From a virus (taxonomy: Duplodnaviria > Caudoviricetes), in IMG/VR virus record IMGVR_UViG_3300023108_000024, positions 1-62,860 of that record: a DNA stretch of 62,860 bases, one strand, 5' to 3'. The notes below the pieces were generated by a model, which did not search any database, was not told the DNA's origin, and was given only the letters and a program-made list of their open reading frames with translations. Position numbers and translations under genes: made by a program. How positions within the stretch are numbered: the first letter of the stretch is position 1; every line of letters starts with the position of its first letter. Shown one piece after another: positions 58,501 to 62,860 of the stretch.

Positions 58501-60766
58501 AGCTGGTTATAATGATATCAGATTAACCAGATATGATTCTGATAATGCTCAATGGCGGATTGTTGTTGCTGGTAAAAGAGAAGATATATCATTAGCAGAC
58601 TCAGCACAAACTCCTGTAAACTATACTTCATATGGCCACAGATCTTTTGCGATTGCTGGTAGATATGATTTAAGAGATTCTGCAAATGGATGGGTGTCGG
58701 ATATTGTATGGGAAAAACAATATCAAAGTTTAAGAAATGAAGCTTATGTTGAAGAAATTAATACTCTTCTATCAGAAGATTCCAATCAAAGAGAATGGTA
58801 CTTAAATGAGCCTGATCATAATAACAATATGGGCAACAACCGTGTTATTATGTTAGCCACTGGTCTTAATCTTGATAGTGACGCATCTAATAGTTTTGGT
58901 ATGCTTTGGAGAAATGATACACTTGTTGCGGGTATAAATGATTCAGATGGCTCATTGTATTTTGCAAATACTCTTGGGCATATGGGCGAGGACTTTATTA
59001 ATAAAGATATGGTTTGGGATCGTCTCGGTAAAAACTTTGTATTTGGTGGAAGTTCAACTTCGCACTCCTATGGCAGAGATGCTGTAATGTTTAGACAATG
59101 GAAAACTGGATTTGGAACAGGTGTATATCATACATCATATTCAACTTCAAATGCTTATTATTATGATTCTAATCCCATTACTGCAATAAATGATACAGTT
59201 TTACAAAACAATACCACTGAAATATTGGACCCAACAATGTTTACTGTAAACATTGATACAAACAATATTTCAACAAGTGTATTGGATAAAACTTATTATA
59301 GCACGGAATATAATGGTTCATATGGTGCAAATGGTTTGTTTACTGGATTTCTTGGCATTGTAGAGTTGTCTGGTTTACAAGAATTTTTAAACACACCAAG
59401 ATATCAAGAAGAAAGAAATAAAGGATATAATATCCACGCTGCAAATGAACTCTTTGAAATATACCAGATGTCGACGGTTGGAGATGCGACCGCGGACGAT
59501 GGTAATATATTTGCTTACGATGTTATTAAATCTTCTGATAATGAATATTATTATACAGGCGGCCAAATATCTGGTAATATGGCAAAGACTAATACTGGTC
59601 TTTCCGGTGTTTATGATTATTGGTTAGGTCAATTTAATATCGCAACAAAGGAATTTCGATTCTGGCAGAACGGATCTGCGGACGATGAAGAAATATATGC
59701 AATTACAGAATTAAGGGGTTCTACTCCTTCAAACTTAGTTGAAGATCCACCTGTTACAAATAATGGGTCTGTAAACGGTGTTGTTAGCTGGACTCCCGAT
59801 ACTGCGGGAACATATTACTATCAATGTGGCAATCATGCTAATATGAATGGTATTATCACTGTTACTGATCAATCAAGTGGCACAGGAACCTATAACCTTA
59901 ATGTTACATCAACATTTACCGGAGGAGCGTTGTATTGGGCAATTTCTGGAACTGATAGAGCTACTACTCATAGCAGTGCTCTTAATCCAACCATTACAAT
60001 GGATACCGGTGATACAGTTAATTTTAGTGTAAGTACAACTAGCAATAATCACCCATTCTATATTCAGGTGTCACCCGGTATTTCACCAAAGGCAGGAAAT
60101 ATTGCAGTTGTAGGTAGATCAACTGGTGATCTCGCGGGGCCAGGCACAACTATTGGTGGATATGATATTTTCTTAGGTATATTCAATCCTACTACATGGA
60201 GCGGAGAATATTATGTAAACGGTTCAGGGTTTAATGATAAAGCAATGAACGTACATGATATTGACGACACCATAGAGAATACACTAGCTATTGTATATAC
60301 AACTTTTGGTAGTGTAAATGGTTCAGCAACATTTGGTTCTGAAGATATTGGGGTTATTACGTTTAACTATGCAACTGATACTTGGAGTCAAGGATATAAT
60401 ACTGGATCAGAAACCTCAGAAGAAATTGAACAAAATGGTAAGCCAAGTTCAAGATTACCAGACGGAAGAATCGGAGTTGTCTGCAATAGCGCCGGAGCCT
60501 TTGCTGATGATGCCAACACCTTTGGTCTAAAGGATATCGGATTAGGTATCTTTGATTTTGATAGTGACGGTTCTGGCAACTTTAATGGTTGGTCTAAATA
60601 TCAAGTAGGATCCGGATCTTCTGATTTCTCATATAGCATAGATAACAATGGATCTACATTCTTAGTAACAGGATATTCGGAAGCAACATGGGATAAAGAA
60701 GTACATGGTGTGTTTGTTGAATTCGACCCCGAAAGAGGGTTCTTAGCGAAGTCCGCAGGGAGTTAA
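55544..60766 (+). CDS. Giant beta-propeller-rich virion protein with two cupredoxin-like inserts
   Basis: 1740 aa with propeller-like repeats; YYYVCVVHSGMYG and YYYQCGNHANMNG. Confidence 0.7.
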   Translation: MTIANLTQHYTLVDSDFLGLPVMHHISNDGYWYTYHPSDLTNNATLTGNAISPYQWDSALDIATASALSGEPEKMALDGTIAFIDETHNGSSLRYHGGCIQNIGTGVNDITNINEQDAFFFGHIGTWGDDGTQNGGLLEDDAFYWDRAYHTSAGADWEFYQYHKHLPSNYAQFDDGRLVWDADGYIRPADKQYGYLITIRATSGGSSYNVPLARIHTPSVGGAHNSHNDVTLPSTAGINYLAGGILKGSSNRFHAFYMDSSSTDGEWNVYSRTYTSSSGSFTPQVNYGSFDLATPTFVPYPGGNAQAEGIMSQYPMRVSAGHTFGSYVYWPTIMKAEVIDFGDLVVTANGGNLYQLNGTDRQAPGTLDGVANHPTVRLKVGDTARWAFANSGDASTHPLYIKTNNQTNTTGQAAGASGHGTQYITFTPQTAGTYYYVCVVHSGMYGTIIVEDIDDTYDTQIWRVTDANTISPGTLTRINMPWNFRSTPERPDVLITSVGTKLYVAGTGSLRGGADLYSAETLIDSTGSLYDEGQIVTNTVANDLRIHGFKYNATNTKFYTLLSGTQGTGTYSGKGLYSFDLAGGSFAGYDHLDYDVATGSFITKGPNTSGHIQYTHSNAEFVKKTTSEPEGITQGTSILQYDVASPIFFNKKEINTGAEEYYYQGIYLSDGRKCLVGRVEDNVQNTGLGGDLLLTIIDNENNSISYTYTAEGDDYITGVIEDVENNSLILSGYAKGELTSKGSQLVHGWGRNLKETADSADMSFTSLFKTNDNGFKLVGNDVRIKSPFLATYDENYNYTGAKYFSLGFDSDEIHTVTPLANHKDYIVSGWTKNGTLYKNGYLARLDSADNVIWSKRFGVSNNYSEITSHAVINNNGIDNIVTFLTNETNDDSSRGAGILSVINAANGDIATSKLMQFSNADFHINRIRPGRPNTGEFLFAGSDKTGNYRAPSWGIGNVNSSTLVDYVRHHSWASTSVADAQIRSIEAGYNDIRLTRYDSDNAQWRIVVAGKREDISLADSAQTPVNYTSYGHRSFAIAGRYDLRDSANGWVSDIVWEKQYQSLRNEAYVEEINTLLSEDSNQREWYLNEPDHNNNMGNNRVIMLATGLNLDSDASNSFGMLWRNDTLVAGINDSDGSLYFANTLGHMGEDFINKDMVWDRLGKNFVFGGSSTSHSYGRDAVMFRQWKTGFGTGVYHTSYSTSNAYYYDSNPITAINDTVLQNNTTEILDPTMFTVNIDTNNISTSVLDKTYYSTEYNGSYGANGLFTGFLGIVELSGLQEFLNTPRYQEERNKGYNIHAANELFEIYQMSTVGDATADDGNIFAYDVIKSSDNEYYYTGGQISGNMAKTNTGLSGVYDYWLGQFNIATKEFRFWQNGSADDEEIYAITELRGSTPSNLVEDPPVTNNGSVNGVVSWTPDTAGTYYYQCGNHANMNGIITVTDQSSGTGTYNLNVTSTFTGGALYWAISGTDRATTHSSALNPTITMDTGDTVNFSVSTTSNNHPFYIQVSPGISPKAGNIAVVGRSTGDLAGPGTTIGGYDIFLGIFNPTTWSGEYYVNGSGFNDKAMNVHDIDDTIENTLAIVYTTFGSVNGSATFGSEDIGVITFNYATDTWSQGYNTGSETSEEIEQNGKPSSRLPDGRIGVVCNSAGAFADDANTFGLKDIGLGIFDFDSDGSGNFNGWSKYQVGSGSSDFSYSIDNNGSTFLVTGYSEATWDKEVHGVFVEFDPERGFLAKSAGS

Positions 60767-60769
60767 TAA

Positions 60770-62860
60770 ATGGCAGCGTTAAATTTTCCAATCAACCCAT
60801 CACATGGTGATACATATAGTACTAATAGCATATCATATTTTTATGATAGTGATACTACATCTTGGGTTGCATCTACATTTATTGGCTATACTGGATCTCA
60901 AGGTTTTACGGGATCTAAGGGGTCGGGTTATACTGGATCTCAAGGTAACCTAGGATTTGTTGGTTCGGTAGGTTTTACAGGATCTATTGGTTTTACAGGT
61001 TCTAGAGGTTATGGTGGATCTGCAGCTGCTCAGGGCTTAAAATACGAAGCTGATCCAAGTTCAACAACTGTTAACCAAGCCGCTAGTGGTTCTATTCGTT
61101 GGAACAATGCTACACTTACATCTGCCTCTCAGATTGGTATTCACAGAACAAGTTCAGATGGTCATGATAATATTAACTATTTAAATACCTTTGACGATTA
61201 TGGGGGTACTACTGATCGTGGTTATCTAATGATAAGATCTGCAGATGCTAACTCATCTGACTTTTTACTTTATAGAGTTACTGGAAATAGTACTTTCTCT
61301 AATAGTGTAATGTTGTTTGATGTTACATACCTTGGAGGTACAGCTGTATTCTCAGCAAATGAAGACACTATTTTATCTTATACCCATAGAGGTAATTCAG
61401 GCTTTGTGGGCTCACAAGGTGATCAAGGGTTTACAGGTTCACAAGGTCTCAGAGGATATTCTGGATCGTTAGGTTATTCTGGATCAGTTGGTGATAAAGG
61501 AGATATTGGATATACTGGATCACAAGGTAACCAAGGTGTGCCAGGTATTAGTGGTTCTGGAGGAGGTATATTCGGGCTTGTCGGTGAAAAGTCAGCAACT
61601 CCTGCTTCTGGAGATCAATTCTCATTTGGTAACGGTGCTACTGGTAATATCTATGGTGTAAAAATACCAGAAGATATGGTTCTTGAAGCTATCACAGTTA
61701 CAACCCAAAATGCTGTAACAACTCCTATGAACATTTCTGTAAGAAGAGGTGGTGCTGCTATTGCACAGGCCCAAGTTGGCTTTGGTAATAATGATGTAAG
61801 AATATCAAATTTAAACGTATCAATAAACGCAGATGATGAAATTTCTATACGATGCGAAACATCTTCTACTGGTTCGGGTGCAGTAATTGCAACTGCTTGG
61901 TTTACCACAAATGGAGCTAAAGGTTATACAGGATCTCAGGGTATTCAGGGTCCTCAGGGTCCTTTAGGTGATACAGGTTATACTGGATCTCAGGGTGTTA
62001 TTGGTTATACTGGATCTCAGGGAGATATTGGTTATACAGGATCTAAGGGCGATCAAGGTATTCAGGGACCTATCGGCTATACTGGTTCTCAAGGTATACA
62101 AGGTCTTCGGGGATATACAGGGTCTCAAGGTATACAAGGTGTAAGAGGCTACACAGGTTCTCAAGGTGTTATTGGTTATACAGGATCAAGAGGCTCAGAC
62201 GGTACATCGATTGCAATTCAAGGGTCTGTTGCTACAACAGGTAATCTACCAAGTTCTGGCAACACAGCAGGTGATGCTTACATTGTTACAGCTAATGGTA
62301 ATCTATATGTTTGGGATGGTTCTGCATGGATCGACGCAGGGCAATTTGCTGGCTATACTGGATCTCAAGGGGTAAGAGGTTATACTGGTTCTAAAGGTGA
62401 TACGGGAGCTGGAGGCCCAGGAGGTGCACAAGGTCCTAGAGGATATACAGGTTCTCAAGGTATTCAAGGTCCTGGTGGTCCTGGAGGTCCTCAAGGCCCT
62501 AGAGGTTATACAGGATCTAGAGGTGCAACAGGACCAGGTGGCGGTACTGGTCCTCAAGGCCCTAGAGGTTATACGGGCTCTAAAGGTAATACGGGTCCTG
62601 GAGGTCCTAGAGGATATACAGGTTCTCAGGGTAATACGGGTCCTGGAGGTCCAGCGGGTCCTGGAGGTCCAGCGGGTCCTAGAGGTTATACGGGCTCTAA
62701 AGGTGATACAGGTCCTGGAGGTCCAGCTGGACCAGGTGGCGGTACTGGTCCTAGAGGTTATACGGGCTCTAAAGGTAATACGGGTCCTGGAGGCCCAGCG
62801 GGTCCTGGTGGTCCTCAAGGCCCTAGAGGTTATACAGGATCTAAAGGTTCAAACGGAACC
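60770..62860 (+). CDS. Collagen-like fibre protein with GYTGS repeats, runs off the window end (not in the ORF track)
   Basis: ATG 60770 ([10 protein letters not shown]...), open to the window end; long Gly-X-Y runs such as GYTGSQG and [10 protein letters not shown]. Confidence 0.9.
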   Translation, partial: MAALNFPINPSHGDTYSTNSISYFYDSDTTSWVASTFIGYTGSQGFTGSKGSGYTGSQGNLGFVGSVGFTGSIGFTGSRGYGGSAAAQGLKYEADPSSTTVNQAASGSIRWNNATLTSASQIGIHRTSSDGHDNINYLNTFDDYGGTTDRGYLMIRSADANSSDFLLYRVTGNSTFSNSVMLFDVTYLGGTAVFSANEDTILSYTHRGNSGFVGSQGDQGFTGSQGLRGYSGSLGYSGSVGDKGDIGYTGSQGNQGVPGISGSGGGIFGLVGEKSATPASGDQFSFGNGATGNIYGVKIPEDMVLEAITVTTQNAVTTPMNISVRRGGAAIAQAQVGFGNNDVRISNLNVSINADDEISIRCETSSTGSGAVIATAWFTTNGAKGYTGSQGIQGPQGPLGDTGYTGSQGVIGYTGSQGDIGYTGSKGDQGIQGPIGYTGSQGIQGLRGYTGSQGIQGVRGYTGSQGVIGYTGSRGSDGTSIAIQGSVATTGNLPSSGNTAGDAYIVTANGNLYVWDGSAWIDAGQFAGYTGSQGVRGYTGSKGDTGAGGPGGAQGPRGYTGSQGIQGPGGPGGPQGPRGYTGSRGATGPGGGTGPQGPRGYTGSKGNTGPGGPRGYTGSQGNTGPGGPAGPGGPAGPRGYTGSKGDTGPGGPAGPGGGTGPRGYTGSKGNTGPGGPAGPGGPQGPRGYTGSKGSNGT
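61915..62860 (+). repeat. Collagen-coding 9-nt-period tandem repeats
   Basis: Recurrent ggttatactggatctcaa and ggtcctagaggttatacgggctctaaaggt units. Confidence 0.9.

Noticed and set aside
62303-62818. 171-aa minus-strand Arg/Thr-rich ORF
   Set aside because: It is the antisense shadow of the collagen-coding repeats on the plus strand.
61915-62860. Tandem DNA repeats as a possible CRISPR array
   Set aside because: The period is a multiple of 9 nt, in frame, with no unique spacers. They encode Gly-X-Y collagen.
1-62860. Stop-codon reassignment or introns
   Set aside because: Core genes (32, 6, 25, 8, 2, 4) translate full-length in the standard code with TAA/TAG/TGA stops, and no interrupted conserved gene was seen.

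Overview
This AT-rich window is a segment of a lytic T4-like (Tevenvirinae/Kyanoviridae-like) myovirus genome, probably of an aquatic host. The host cannot be determined from the sequence. 1-9.5 kb is an accessory/early region: a SAM methyltransferase, two glycosyltransferase-like genes, a sulfotransferase-like gene, a flavin-dependent halogenase-like gene, many small ORFs behind a repeated sigma70-type promoter cassette, and tRNA-Arg(TCT). 9.5-11.5 kb holds gp33 and gp32, followed by a GC-rich structured intergenic element. 11.6-16.2 kb is a minus-strand block: gp4, gp2, gp54-like, gp26-like, gp51-like and a tape-measure candidate. 16.2-37 kb is the baseplate block: gp48, gp53, hub, a gp5 apparently split over three genes each with a different peptidoglycan hydrolase domain, gp25, gp6, gp7, gp9, gp8 and DUF4815-type proteins. 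37-62.9 kb is a long array of fibre/adhesin genes: an S74-chaperone fibre, three FG-GAP propeller proteins (one fused to a gp38-like adhesin), proteins with cupredoxin-like domains and a GYTGS collagen. The main leads are: (1) pervasive Asp-Ser (DS-A/D/S/N/G) motif enrichment in the outer virion proteins, alongside phage-encoded glycan-modifying enzymes, suggesting a virion-decoration system; (2) a predicted -1 frameshift fusing the gp26-like and gp51-like ORFs directly upstream of the tape-measure candidate, as in lambda G/GT; (3) type-1 copper (cupredoxin-like) modules on virion proteins, one circularly permuted; (4) an unassigned structured RNA-like element at 11514-11642. All family assignments are from motif recognition by eye, with no database searches run.
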